Below are positions 39,199-48,630 of a stretch of 64,000 bases of DNA, one piece after another. The stretch comes from Acidobacteriota bacterium (GTDB taxonomy: Bacteria; Acidobacteriota; UBA6911). Made by a program: the position numbers and the translations under genes. Within the stretch, counting starts at the first letter, position 1. Each line of letters starts with the position of its first letter. A model generated the notes under the pieces. The model worked only from the letters and a program-made list of their open reading frames with translations. It was not told the DNA's origin and made no database searches. The stretch covers positions 736,001 to 800,000 of the forward strand of contig OY761556.1 in the NCBI GenBank assembly GCA_963664705.1, in the 5' to 3' direction.

Positions 39199-40248
39199 AT
39201 GGCCTATACGATTGGACAGATTGCCGCCCTGTTGGGTTTGGAATATAGCGGTGATGGAGACCGTTTGCTGACAAAAGTTGCCAGACTCGAGACCGCCGAT
39301 GAGTCCTCGCTGGTTTTTGTGCAGGCGGGCGAGTCGGAACGGACTCTCTCGGATGGACCCATCCCCGGCTGCGTCATTATTTCAAAATCTGCCGCGCCCT
39401 GCGGGATGAATGCAATCTACTCGGACAATCCCAAGCTCGATTTTTCGCGGGCTGCAGCGCAACTTCACCCTCGGCCGGTCAGTCGAGGGACCCGGCACGC
39501 AACCGCCGAGATTCATCCGGATGCCTCCGTGGGCGCCAATGTGGAAATCGGTCCCTTTGTCGTCGTGGAAGCCGGGGCACGAATCGGCGATGGCACCATC
39601 CTGCATGCACGCGCGGTTGTCGGCGAGGGGTGTATTCTCGGGAGCGATTGTATATTGCATCCGGGGGTTATGCTTTATCCCCGCGTTCATATGGGGAATC
39701 GGGTGATTCTACATTCCGGCGTTGTGGTTGGAGCCGATGGTTTCGGATATGTTCCAGACCGCGAATCCTATTGGAAGTTTCCCCAGGTCGGATCGGTGAT
39801 CATCGACGATGATGTTGAGGTCGGGTGCAATTCGACCATCGACCGCGGTTCGTTGGGAACAACGCGCATTGGAGCCGGAACCAAGATCGATAACCTGGTG
39901 CAGATCGCGCACAATGTCGAGATCGGCAGACATGTTGTTATTGCTGCGCAGACCGGTATTTCCGGCAGCACGGTCATCGAGGATCGTGCCGTCATCGGCG
40001 GGCAGGTCGGTTTTGGGGACCATGCACGCGTACAGACGGGAGCCGTGATTGGGTCCAAGGCCGGCGTACTTCCTGGAAAAATTGTGCGCAGCGGAGATGT
40101 CTATTGGGGTGTTCCCGTGCGCCCTTTGCGCGAATATAAGCGACTGAATGCACTGTTCGGGCGGCTTCCCGAAATGAAGGCGGAAATTGATGCGCTGAAG
40201 AAGGAAATTGCCGTCCTGCAGTCATCGATCAAGAAGAATGAGGAATAG
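39199..40248 (+). CDS. lpxD: UDP-3-O-(3-hydroxyacyl)glucosamine N-acyltransferase
   Basis: Hexapeptide repeats, GADGFGY, KFPQVG, TIDRG, KIDNLVQIAHNV and GGQVG..DH motifs. Confidence 0.94.
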   Translation: MAYTIGQIAALLGLEYSGDGDRLLTKVARLETADESSLVFVQAGESERTLSDGPIPGCVIISKSAAPCGMNAIYSDNPKLDFSRAAAQLHPRPVSRGTRHATAEIHPDASVGANVEIGPFVVVEAGARIGDGTILHARAVVGEGCILGSDCILHPGVMLYPRVHMGNRVILHSGVVVGADGFGYVPDRESYWKFPQVGSVIIDDDVEVGCNSTIDRGSLGTTRIGAGTKIDNLVQIAHNVEIGRHVVIAAQTGISGSTVIEDRAVIGGQVGFGDHARVQTGAVIGSKAGVLPGKIVRSGDVYWGVPVRPLREYKRLNALFGRLPEMKAEIDALKKEIAVLQSSIKKNEE

Positions 40249-40283
40249 CTGCCAGGGGTTATAAGTTCCGGATTATGCGTGAG

Positions 40284-40330
40284 AACCTGTAACCTGAGAT
40301 ATGAACCCTGCAACCTGTGGCCTGTAACTG
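40284..40330. repeat. Degenerate heptamer tandem repeat
   Basis: aacctgt aacctga ... accctgc aacctgt ggcctgt aactg. Confidence 0.5.
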
Positions 40331-40336
40331 ATCCGC

Positions 40337-41347
40337 ATGCCTTTTATTGAAGTCAATAATCTGAGAAAAGAATTCCGGGTTTTCAAGCACCGGGAAGGGG
40401 TTTGGGGCGCCTTCAAGGATCTGTTTCACCGGGAATACAAGAGCCTGTCTGCCGTGGATGGAATCAGCTTTTCCATCGAGAAGGGAGAATTTGTCGGCTA
40501 TATCGGCCCGAATGGCGCCGGAAAATCCACAACGATCAAGATGCTGACCGGGATTCTGATGCCGACATCGGGGGATATAGTTGCCAACGACTACCGGCCC
40601 TATGCGGATCGGACGCGGTATACAAAGAAGATCGGCGTCGTATTTGGTCAGCGCACTCAGCTTTGGTGGGATATTGCGGTGGTGGAGAGTTTTAAACTGC
40701 TGCGCAGAATTTATGATGTTCCGGAGTCGGATTATCGCCATCGGCTGGAGTTCTTCTGTGATCTCCTTGGGCTCGATGAGTTTCTCCACTCTCCGGTGCG
40801 CAAGCTGAGCCTGGGTCAGCGAATGCGTTGCGAAATGGCTGCGGCGCTTCTGCACAATCCGCCCATCGTATTCCTGGATGAGCCGACCATTGGCCTTGAC
40901 CTGATTGCCAAAGACCGGATCCGCCAATTCCTCAAGAATATCAACCGAGAATTGAGTACGACGATTTTATTGACCACTCACGATCTATCGGACATCGAGG
41001 AGCTGTGTCGGCGCGTCATTATCATTGATAAGGGAAAGCTCCTTTATGACGGTTCGTTGGACGAGTTGAGGCATCGTCTTGGAAGGTACAACTCCATCAA
41101 CATCCATCTGGATGACCGGAAACACCGATCCAAACTGGATGCGGTGCTCTGCAGCGGAAACGGACTGCAATGGGAACATGCGGATGAACTCAGCTACCGC
41201 GTCCGGTTTGACAGGGAACAGGTGTCCACCGCGGAGATCATCCGGAAGATCGTCAACGAAGTGCCGATCCACGATATCTATATTGAAGCGGAACCGATAG
41301 AAGACATCATTAAGACGATCTATAGTCGCGGCCTGTCGGAGTCCTGA
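40337..41347 (+). CDS. ABC-2 type exporter ATP-binding protein
   Basis: GPNGAGKST, VFGQRTQLWWD, LSLGQRMR and LDEPTIGLD motifs. Confidence 0.92.
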   Translation: MPFIEVNNLRKEFRVFKHREGVWGAFKDLFHREYKSLSAVDGISFSIEKGEFVGYIGPNGAGKSTTIKMLTGILMPTSGDIVANDYRPYADRTRYTKKIGVVFGQRTQLWWDIAVVESFKLLRRIYDVPESDYRHRLEFFCDLLGLDEFLHSPVRKLSLGQRMRCEMAAALLHNPPIVFLDEPTIGLDLIAKDRIRQFLKNINRELSTTILLTTHDLSDIEELCRRVIIIDKGKLLYDGSLDELRHRLGRYNSINIHLDDRKHRSKLDAVLCSGNGLQWEHADELSYRVRFDREQVSTAEIIRKIVNEVPIHDIYIEAEPIEDIIKTIYSRGLSES

Positions 41348-41395
41348 CGCAATGGTATGACCCAATTATTGAGATTCGCGGCAAGAGCAAGGTTT

Positions 41396-42196
41396 ATGAA
41401 TCGGCTGCCAATTTACTTTGAATTTGCCCGGATGTCTTTTCTCAAGATTCTTGCCTACCGCCTCCGCTATTTCACCGGCATTGTCGGCTACTTCATCAAT
41501 GTTTCCGTTTACTATTTCATCTGGAAGGCAATTTATGGAGCGAGCACAAATGTGGCCGGATACAATCTGCCGGAGATGACAACGTATGTTGCGATCGGCT
41601 GGATCATTCGCTCCTTTTATTTCAATAATGTGGATCGCGAGATTGCCATGGAGGTGTCGGAAGGCAAGATCGCCATTAATCTGATCAAGCCGGTGGATCC
41701 GCAGTTGATGTACGTAGCCCAGACGGCGGGCGAGGCGTGCTTCCGCGCCCTGCTGTTCACACTGCCGATTGCTGTTGTTCTGATGCTTGTCTATCCGATC
41801 GGATTGCCCGCCTCCGCTTCTCTGGGCTTGCTTTTTGTCCTGAGCTGTTTGCTGGCATTGCTGATTTTTACTCTGCTGAATTTTATCGTCGGCACACTCG
41901 CTCTTCACATCGTTTCGATCCTGGGCGTAATCCGAGCAAAGTATGCGATCGTGGAATTTTTTTCCGGATTGCTGATTCCGATTTCCTTCTTTCCTGCCGG
42001 GCTTCAGCGCTTCATGGCATTCCTTCCCTTTCCACACGTGAGCTTTACTCCTTTGCAGATTTATCTCGGAAAAGTCCATGGTGCGGCGGTATGGGAAGCG
42101 CTTGGTATCCAAGGCTTGTGGGTCTTGGTCCTATTCGTGACCGGCCGAATTTTCTGGAAATTCTCAACCCGCAAGCTTTCGGTACAAGGAGGATAA
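41396..42196 (+). CDS. ABC-2 family permease (DUF990-like)
   Basis: About 6 TM helices, G.IA..L.KP, SGLLIP..FFP, terminal VQGG. Confidence 0.88.
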   Translation: MNRLPIYFEFARMSFLKILAYRLRYFTGIVGYFINVSVYYFIWKAIYGASTNVAGYNLPEMTTYVAIGWIIRSFYFNNVDREIAMEVSEGKIAINLIKPVDPQLMYVAQTAGEACFRALLFTLPIAVVLMLVYPIGLPASASLGLLFVLSCLLALLIFTLLNFIVGTLALHIVSILGVIRAKYAIVEFFSGLLIPISFFPAGLQRFMAFLPFPHVSFTPLQIYLGKVHGAAVWEALGIQGLWVLVLFVTGRIFWKFSTRKLSVQGG

Positions 42197-42197
42197 C

Positions 42198-42989
42198 TTG
42201 TTTAAGATTCTGGTTATTCTCTCTCAATACTTCGCGCAATATGCCAAAACTCGGATGGCCTATAAAGCGGACTTCTTTATTGCATCCTTTGCCAACATCC
42301 TGGCAACGGTGGCCGGCTACGGGTTTGTCCTGGTGCTTTTCAGCCGAATACCGCAATTAAGGGGGTGGAGATTTGAGGAAGTGCTTTTCATTTATGGTTT
42401 CTCGCTGATTCCGATGGGACTGTTCAATATTGTCAGCCTTAATCTCTATGATTTCGGCGATATCTATATAGTGGAAGGGAAGTTTGACCGCATCCTGCTT
42501 CGTCCCGTTCATTCGCTGTTTCAAATCATGTTCGAAAATTTCCGCCTGGAGTCCATGCAGGAAATCATTACCGGGCTCATCGCTGTTGCCTATTGTGCCG
42601 GCAAACTGAAGATAGCGGTCACGGCTTTAAACCTGATCCTTTTCCCGCTTCTCTCATTGTGTGGCGCAATTATATACATCTGCATTTTTGTGATTATTTC
42701 CAGTGTCAATTTCTGGGTTGAGGATCGAATCGGACTGGCTCCGCCGGTGTTCAACATGATTGCTTTTGGAAGATACCCGATCACGATCTATAACACGGCG
42801 ATTCAATTTCTTTTGAGCTGGATCATTCCCTTCGCCTTTGCATCGTTCTATCCTACAGTTCGCTTCCTGGGACGGACGGAGTTCAGGACGGAATTCTATC
42901 TCATTCCGGTGGTTACTGCGGCCCTGGTTGGCATTTCCATTTTTGTGTGGGAAAGAGGCGTATTGCAGTACAAGAGTACCGGCAGCTAA
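42198..42989 (+). CDS. ABC-2 family permease (DUF990-like), second subunit
   Basis: GKFDRILLRPV, RYPITIY and terminal YKSTGS. TTG start after GGAGG. Confidence 0.88.
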   Translation: MFKILVILSQYFAQYAKTRMAYKADFFIASFANILATVAGYGFVLVLFSRIPQLRGWRFEEVLFIYGFSLIPMGLFNIVSLNLYDFGDIYIVEGKFDRILLRPVHSLFQIMFENFRLESMQEIITGLIAVAYCAGKLKIAVTALNLILFPLLSLCGAIIYICIFVIISSVNFWVEDRIGLAPPVFNMIAFGRYPITIYNTAIQFLLSWIIPFAFASFYPTVRFLGRTEFRTEFYLIPVVTAALVGISIFVWERGVLQYKSTGS

Positions 42990-43001
42990 TCTTTGAAACA
43001 G

Positions 43002-43784
43002 ATGCGACAGCCAGATAGTTATGCGCAACTCCCCGAATCCGGAGAGTCAAAACGAAGAAAAGAAGAAAGCGATGCGATGCTGCAGTGGATCTGCAGGTCA
43101 GCATTGCCGGAAACCTTCGCCTTTTTTCGGAATGTACGGATCGATGCGGCGTTTTATCCCTACATCGGACTGACACACACAATCCGGCGCAAAGGTTCCG
43201 GGTGGATGGTTCGGATCAGCGATCATTGCCGGCAAGCCCCCAGGCCCGTCCTCGAAGCCATCGTTATCATTCTCGGTTCAAAAATAGTGAGGCGGAAGCC
43301 CCAGGGGAAATATGTGGAGATCTATGATCATTACCGCAAGGATCCCCAACTTGAAGAATCGGTGCGGGGACGGCGCAGGACAAGTGGCCGCAAGCGAATC
43401 GGCAGCGTCGATGGGAAACACCACTCGCTGGTGCGGCTTTACGAAGAAGTGAATGCAGATTTTTTTAACAACCAGGTCGAAATTCGCAAAATAGGATGGA
43501 GCTTGAGAAAAGGATGGAGGCGGCTGGGCCATTATGACCCCATCCACCACACGATCACGGTGAGCCCGGCACTGGATTCCGGCAAAGTACCCGAATTTGT
43601 GGTTCGCTATATTGTTTACCACGAAGTGCTTCATGCCGTTTTTGGGGAGGAATCTTCAACTCCATCTCGCCGCCATCATCCTCCCGAATTTCAGCGCGCA
43701 GAAAAAGCCTATCCGGATTATGAGCGGGCTAAAAAGTTTCTCCGCGAATATTTCGGCCGTCGCCGCAGGGCGATTGACGGTTAG
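43002..43784 (+). CDS. SprT/YgjP-like zinc metalloprotease
   Basis: N..FF, RRLGHYD, YIVYHEVLH (HExxH) and HPPEF motifs. Confidence 0.8.
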   Translation: MRQPDSYAQLPESGESKRRKEESDAMLQWICRSALPETFAFFRNVRIDAAFYPYIGLTHTIRRKGSGWMVRISDHCRQAPRPVLEAIVIILGSKIVRRKPQGKYVEIYDHYRKDPQLEESVRGRRRTSGRKRIGSVDGKHHSLVRLYEEVNADFFNNQVEIRKIGWSLRKGWRRLGHYDPIHHTITVSPALDSGKVPEFVVRYIVYHEVLHAVFGEESSTPSRRHHPPEFQRAEKAYPDYERAKKFLREYFGRRRRAIDG

Positions 43785-43915
43785 CGCGGGAGATTATTTT
43801 GAAGCGTCCATGTTTGGTCGACAGATAGTGGATGTTGCCAGCAAAATCTGCAATTCATTTTGCCTTTGTGATATAAAACCACCTTCAACCTGATACGCAT
43901 GAAGTCGGCGGTTGT

Positions 43916-44563
43916 ATGAAATGTCCATTATGTGAACAGAGGAAAGCCAAAAGACCTTGCCCGGCAAAGAATGGGCTGATCTGCCCGCAATGCTGCGGAG
44001 AGAAGCGGGTTCTGGAGATTGATTGCCCGGAAAGCTGCGCATTTCTTCAGACCGGCAGGGAAAGGGAAATACAGGATTACGCCAAACGCTTTCGCGCTCT
44101 TGACCGGGATTCCATTGTGAAGAATCAGCGAATCCACAACGATCAGCAGGATACGATTGCGCGCATTGAATACACTCTTGCCCGCGAACGTTTATCGGAC
44201 CGGAACCTTCAGGATAAAGATGTGGTGGCTGCCATCGGGATCCTGATTGAAGCTTACAGGACGGAAGACAAGGGCGTCCTGTATGAGAAGACATCCGAAG
44301 ATATTCGTGTTGAGGCATTGCGCAGAACCCTAAAAACGACGGTGGAAGCGCTTCGCAATCCCGGAGGGCAGGAAAATCGAGGGATTGTAGATGCCAAGAG
44401 CGAACGCCTGCCGCTCTCTGCCGCCGTTGACTGCCTGGAAATTATACGCTCTCTCGCGGCATCCTACCTCGCGGACCGCGGGTCAGATTCAGGTTACATT
44501 GATTTTCTTGCACGCCTTTACCCTCGCGAGGAACAAGGCGGCACTTCCATTTTATTGCCCTGA
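43916..44563 (+). CDS. Hypothetical protein with N-terminal Cys-rich zinc-binding domain
   Basis: CPLC..RPCPA..ICPQCCG..CPESC followed by a helical region. Confidence 0.75.
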   Translation: MKCPLCEQRKAKRPCPAKNGLICPQCCGEKRVLEIDCPESCAFLQTGREREIQDYAKRFRALDRDSIVKNQRIHNDQQDTIARIEYTLARERLSDRNLQDKDVVAAIGILIEAYRTEDKGVLYEKTSEDIRVEALRRTLKTTVEALRNPGGQENRGIVDAKSERLPLSAAVDCLEIIRSLAASYLADRGSDSGYIDFLARLYPREEQGGTSILLP

Positions 44564-44568
44564 CTCCC

Positions 44569-45582
44569 ATGATCCTGAATCAGTATAACTGCAATCCTGA
44601 AACGTTGATCAGCGCCGTGCGCGGCTTCCAGAATAAGCGCATTCTGGTTTTCGGTGATTTGATGTTGGATCGATTTATCTATGGTTCGGTGTCCCGCATC
44701 AGCCCGGAAGCGCCTGTTCCCGTTGTGGAAATCAAGAGAGAGAGTACGCGCCTGGGCGGAGCTGCCAATGTATCCTCAAACATTCGGAGCCTGGGGGGGA
44801 TCCCGGTCCCGCTTGGGATTATCGGCAGCGATTTCGAAGGGGATCGCCTCCGGGAGGAATTCCGGTCGCTCGAGTGTCCTGTGGGCGGGCTTATTGTGGA
44901 TAAGAAACGCCCGACCAGCATCAAGACGCGAATCATTGCCCATCATCAGCAGGTTTGCCGCACGGACCGTGAAGATCGCTCGCCTTTATCCGCCGATATA
45001 CAACTGCGGGTTGCAGAGAGATTCCTTTCCGCCCTTCCGTCTGTGGCGGCGGTGATCGTCTCTGATTATGCAAAAGGACTGATTACGCCCGCAATGCTGC
45101 GGCGCGTATTGCCGAAAGCCAAGGCTGCGGGAAAATTTGTCTGCATCGATCCCAAGATGAAAAACTTCAGCGCCTATAAGCCTGCGACGATTATTACTCC
45201 GAATACCACCGAAGCGGAACAAGCGTCCGGAATCCCGATTTCGGGCAATCGGGATCTGCTGCGCGTCGGACGGAAAATCCTGGGCGAAACTGGTATCGAT
45301 CATCTGCTGATCACTCGTGGCGAAGAGGGAATGGCTCTTTTTGAGGGCGACTCGAAAGTAACCTGCATTCCTACGGTGGCTCAGGAGGTATTTGATGTGA
45401 CCGGTGCGGGGGATACCGTAATTTCGACGCTGGCACTGGGACTGGTCGCCGGGCTGTCCATTCTGGAAGCTTCCATGCTTGCCAACATCGCGGCCGGGAT
45501 CGTGGTCGGGAAACTGGGTACCGCATCCGTGAGTCCCGACGAGCTGATTGCCGGCATTCGGCAGCATGTGAATACAGATTAG
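44569..45582 (+). CDS. rfaE1: D-glycero-beta-D-manno-heptose-7-phosphate kinase (RfaE1/HldA)
   Basis: GDLMLD, RISPEAPVP, GGAANV, SDYAKG, TPN..E and DVTGAGDTV motifs. Confidence 0.93.
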   Translation: MILNQYNCNPETLISAVRGFQNKRILVFGDLMLDRFIYGSVSRISPEAPVPVVEIKRESTRLGGAANVSSNIRSLGGIPVPLGIIGSDFEGDRLREEFRSLECPVGGLIVDKKRPTSIKTRIIAHHQQVCRTDREDRSPLSADIQLRVAERFLSALPSVAAVIVSDYAKGLITPAMLRRVLPKAKAAGKFVCIDPKMKNFSAYKPATIITPNTTEAEQASGIPISGNRDLLRVGRKILGETGIDHLLITRGEEGMALFEGDSKVTCIPTVAQEVFDVTGAGDTVISTLALGLVAGLSILEASMLANIAAGIVVGKLGTASVSPDELIAGIRQHVNTD

Positions 45583-45596
45583 CCTGCAAATCTATA

Positions 45597-45643
45597 TCGG
45601 CAACGCGTGGCAACGAAACCTCAAGGACACATCTGCGTTCTCC
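45597..45643 (-). repeat. 47-bp diverged duplicate of the GT9 gene 3' end (direct repeat with 46104-46150)
   Basis: 42/47 identical. Encodes GERRCVLEVSLPRVA against GEPRCILEVSLPRVA in the gene. Confidence 0.85.
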
Positions 45644-45926
45644 TGACTTGAGCAATGAGGCCGTTTTAAGTCCCATGGCTATTTTCTGATCTCCGGGGCT
45701 GATTTGATTGCGATTCCAAGTTCCTTGGGCAGATAGTATGCGGCATCAGCCGGGACGGCTGCGTTCCCAGCGCACAATTCCCCAAAAGCTCCCCCGCACG
45801 GCTCTGTGCCATGGCTGGATCCGCCAGTTATCGGCATTGATATGAAGCCGATGCACACCGCTGCTTGCATGGCGCTGCTGCCTCAAAATAATTGTTCTGA
45901 GGTGTCTGCAATGCGAGCGAGGCACC

Positions 45927-46019
45927 AGGCCCGGAGGGCTGAAAGCAAGTAGCCAGGAGTGAGCGGAGCGAACCCCTGGATTGGGTTGGACCATTAACAA
46001 GCCCCGAAGTTTAGGCAAA
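45927..46019. repeat. REP-like composite palindrome, copy 2
   Basis: The reverse complement CCAGGGGTTCGCTCCGCTCACTCCTGGCTA..GCCCTCCGGGC matches the 2233-2284 element. Confidence 0.7.
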
Positions 46020-46066
46020 GGCTTGATCTTTCGCCGAAATAAGTGGGTAATTCGGCAAGTCAAAAA

Positions 46067-47116
46067 CTATGCCGATGGTTTGGCGAGCATTCTGGCGCAG
46101 GCTTCGGCAACGCGTGGCAGTGAAACCTCGAGGATACATCTGGGTTCTCCGAAAACACTGCACTCATATCCCGGGCAGGGTATGCATGGAAGATTGGAGC
46201 CCACGGCCTCGTAATTCGTTTCCCAGGGATGCCAGGCTTGCAGATTGGAGGATCCCCATACAACCACCAGCGGCCTTTTCAGCGCGGCGGCGGCATGTGC
46301 CGGGCCGCTGTCACATCCTGCAAAGAGGCGGCATCTTTCAATCAGCGCAAACAGGTCCATGAGCGGCAGATCTGCCCAGTAAGTATGGCGGCTTAGCGCG
46401 GTCCGCTGGATTTCGTCCAGCAGGTACCTTTCGTGGGCAGCAGCTGTGAAGATGACAGGGATTCCACAATTTTTCAGAATCCAGTCTCCCAGACCGGCAA
46501 ATCTGGCTGCGGGCCACTGTTTGGTGGGCAGCGTGGCAGTCGGCTGGATCAGAACGAACTCCGAGATCCCCGCCCGGGTAAGACGATCGCCAATGCCGGA
46601 TCGCGATCTTTCATCAATGTGCAGCGTGGAACGTGAGGTATCTATCGGGATATCCAGCCAGCGCAGAAGGCTGAGCTGATGTTCGACCGTGTGCAAAGAT
46701 GGACGCCCCCAGATTCCGGTGGAGGGTGGGATGCGCGTCGTATAAATCCAGGAATGTCGATGCCCTTCCTGTCCTATCCGTAATTGGGCTCCGCTGGTCC
46801 CGGTAAACATCATGGACGTTGTCCCTCCGTGGAGGTTCAACACTGCGGGATAATGCCTCTTCCTGATTTCCGCAACGGCCCGGAATCGCGTCCAGCCATT
46901 GCCTTTTGCAGTACCGCGTTGAAGGACAAGCGTCTCACGCACGGCCGGGTGATGAAGAAAAACCGGAGCGAAGGGTGCCTCAATCAGTACGCTTGGCCGG
47001 ATTTCCGGCCTCCAGCGATGAAGTGCCTCTATCAGGGGTAGGGTTAGGATGGCATCCCCAAGGGAACGCAGTCGAATGAGTAGAATATTGGAAATATTTT
47101 GCAGGTCGCGCCGCAA
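46067..47116 (-). CDS. GT9 LPS heptosyltransferase
   Basis: RSLGDAILT, KQWP..RF, DSGPAHAAAAL and CIPC..C..RC motifs. Confidence 0.9.
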   Translation of the reverse strand: MRRDLQNISNILLIRLRSLGDAILTLPLIEALHRWRPEIRPSVLIEAPFAPVFLHHPAVRETLVLQRGTAKGNGWTRFRAVAEIRKRHYPAVLNLHGGTTSMMFTGTSGAQLRIGQEGHRHSWIYTTRIPPSTGIWGRPSLHTVEHQLSLLRWLDIPIDTSRSTLHIDERSRSGIGDRLTRAGISEFVLIQPTATLPTKQWPAARFAGLGDWILKNCGIPVIFTAAAHERYLLDEIQRTALSRHTYWADLPLMDLFALIERCRLFAGCDSGPAHAAAALKRPLVVVWGSSNLQAWHPWETNYEAVGSNLPCIPCPGYECSVFGEPRCILEVSLPRVAEACARMLAKPSA

Positions 47117-47188
47117 TCGTTGCGCTTCCGCACTTGTCCCCGTGGATGTAGATGATTTTTGAGACGCCGAATTCAGGGTGGATGCTCC

Positions 47189-47362
47189 TTAGGGTTCCTC
47201 GATGGTGGCCTCGTCAATCAACATGACAGGTATGTCATCCCGAATAGGATAAACCCGGTTGCACTTTACACATTTCAATCCATTCCCATCGGGAGTGAGT
47301 CGAACCTCTTCTTTGCAGAGCGGACAGGCGAGAATGTCCAGAAGTTCCTTGCTGATGGTCAT
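47189..47362 (-). CDS. Trm112/YcaR family protein (57 aa)
   Basis: MTISKELLDILACPLCKEEVRLTPDGNGLKCVKCNRVYPIRDDIPVMLIDEATIEEP*. Not in the ORF track. Confidence 0.92.
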   Translation of the reverse strand: MTISKELLDILACPLCKEEVRLTPDGNGLKCVKCNRVYPIRDDIPVMLIDEATIEEP

Positions 47363-47365
47363 TAC

Positions 47366-47992
47366 CTATTTCCCTCCTGATCCGGCTCCCTGGGATGATC
47401 GGGCCCCGAGACCGAATTTGTTTTCCGTGCCGGAAAAAAGCCTTCGTATATTCTGGCTGTGTCTGATTATGATCAGCAGCGCTCCCAGAGATCCCCAGCC
47501 GATTACGACTATCGGTTGTCCATACAAATATGCCCAGACCGGGAAAAGTGCAGTTGCACCAATCGATGCGGCGGATATATAGCGTGTCAGAGCCAAAATC
47601 AGAATAAACACGACCAGGGTTGTAAGTACAGCCGCCGGCGAAAGTGCAAGGTAGGCTCCGCAGCCGGTCGAAACCCCTTTGCCTCCTTTGAAGCGCAGCC
47701 AGACTGTAAAAATGTGTCCAGCGATGGCAATAAATGCCGCGGCTGACTGCCACTCGATGCCGCCGCCCAGCCATCCCGCGATCAGGACTGCCAGATAGCC
47801 CTTGCCCGCATCCAGCAGATAGGTGGCGATGCCATTGATCCGGCTTCTGCGAAAAACATTCGTGGCGCCAATATTTCCACTGCCAAAAGAGCGGATGTCC
47901 TTGCCTTCGGTGAAACGGACCAGGATGTATCCGAACGGAATCGAGCCCAGGAGATATGCAATGAAAGGGATTAAAAGCTCCGGTCGCGGCAT
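47366..47992 (-). CDS. plsY: Glycerol-3-phosphate acyltransferase
   Basis: YLLGSIPFG, DIRSFGSGNIGATNV, D..KG, GH..FKGGKGVST and RHSQNI.RL..GTE motifs. Confidence 0.95.
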   Translation of the reverse strand: MPRPELLIPFIAYLLGSIPFGYILVRFTEGKDIRSFGSGNIGATNVFRRSRINGIATYLLDAGKGYLAVLIAGWLGGGIEWQSAAAFIAIAGHIFTVWLRFKGGKGVSTGCGAYLALSPAAVLTTLVVFILILALTRYISAASIGATALFPVWAYLYGQPIVVIGWGSLGALLIIIRHSQNIRRLFSGTENKFGLGARSSQGAGSGGK

Positions 47993-48010
47993 GATTGACC
48001 CCGGTTCTCC

Positions 48011-48568
48011 TCAATCACAAAGCACAACCTTATTCAGGACAGTGTACACGGCGCCCTGAGGCTTCAGCGTGCTCTGGTAGATATTAAAATGGTCTGCATG
48101 GAAACTGTGCTCCAGACCGGAGCCAATCTTAATACAGTCGATCAGGGGCTGCAAATTCCTTTTCCCCTTAACGCGCCCAAGAGTCAGGTGTGGTTTGAAG
48201 GCCCGGTCCTCCGGGGGGAATCCAAGAGTTTCGCAGGTTTTTTCTACGATGCCTTGAAGCTGGACCAGCGCATCCCGGTCCCCCTCGATTCCGCACCAGA
48301 TGACCCGAGGATTTTTGTCGCTGGGGAAACAGCCCAGACCGCGAAGCCGAAGTCCGAAGCTGCGAATCGATGAAGTTGAAATTTGAAGTGCTTCCGCCAT
48401 CCGCGGAATGGAGCTGGGTTCCACTTCACCCAGAAATTTGAGCGTCAGATGAATAGAAGGGATGGCAACCCATCCGACTTCGGCTCCCACGCGGCGCAAT
48501 CCTTCCTGCATTTCCATGAGCATTGACCGGCATGCAGGTGGAAGCGGGATTGCGATAAATGTTCTCAT
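48011..48568 (-). CDS. thpR: RNA 2',3'-cyclic phosphodiesterase
   Basis: MRTFIA and two HxT motifs (HLTLKFLG, PHLTLGR). Confidence 0.93.
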   Translation of the reverse strand: MRTFIAIPLPPACRSMLMEMQEGLRRVGAEVGWVAIPSIHLTLKFLGEVEPSSIPRMAEALQISTSSIRSFGLRLRGLGCFPSDKNPRVIWCGIEGDRDALVQLQGIVEKTCETLGFPPEDRAFKPHLTLGRVKGKRNLQPLIDCIKIGSGLEHSFHADHFNIYQSTLKPQGAVYTVLNKVVLCD

Positions 48569-48630
48569 GATAGTGGCAGCCTACGATAAAGCGGTTGTCC
48601 GTCGCCAGCCGTTAGTCAAACATCGACTGT

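Noticed and set aside
45679-45870. 63-aa ORF between the direct repeats
   Set aside because: No SD, no motif, and not distinguishable from chance
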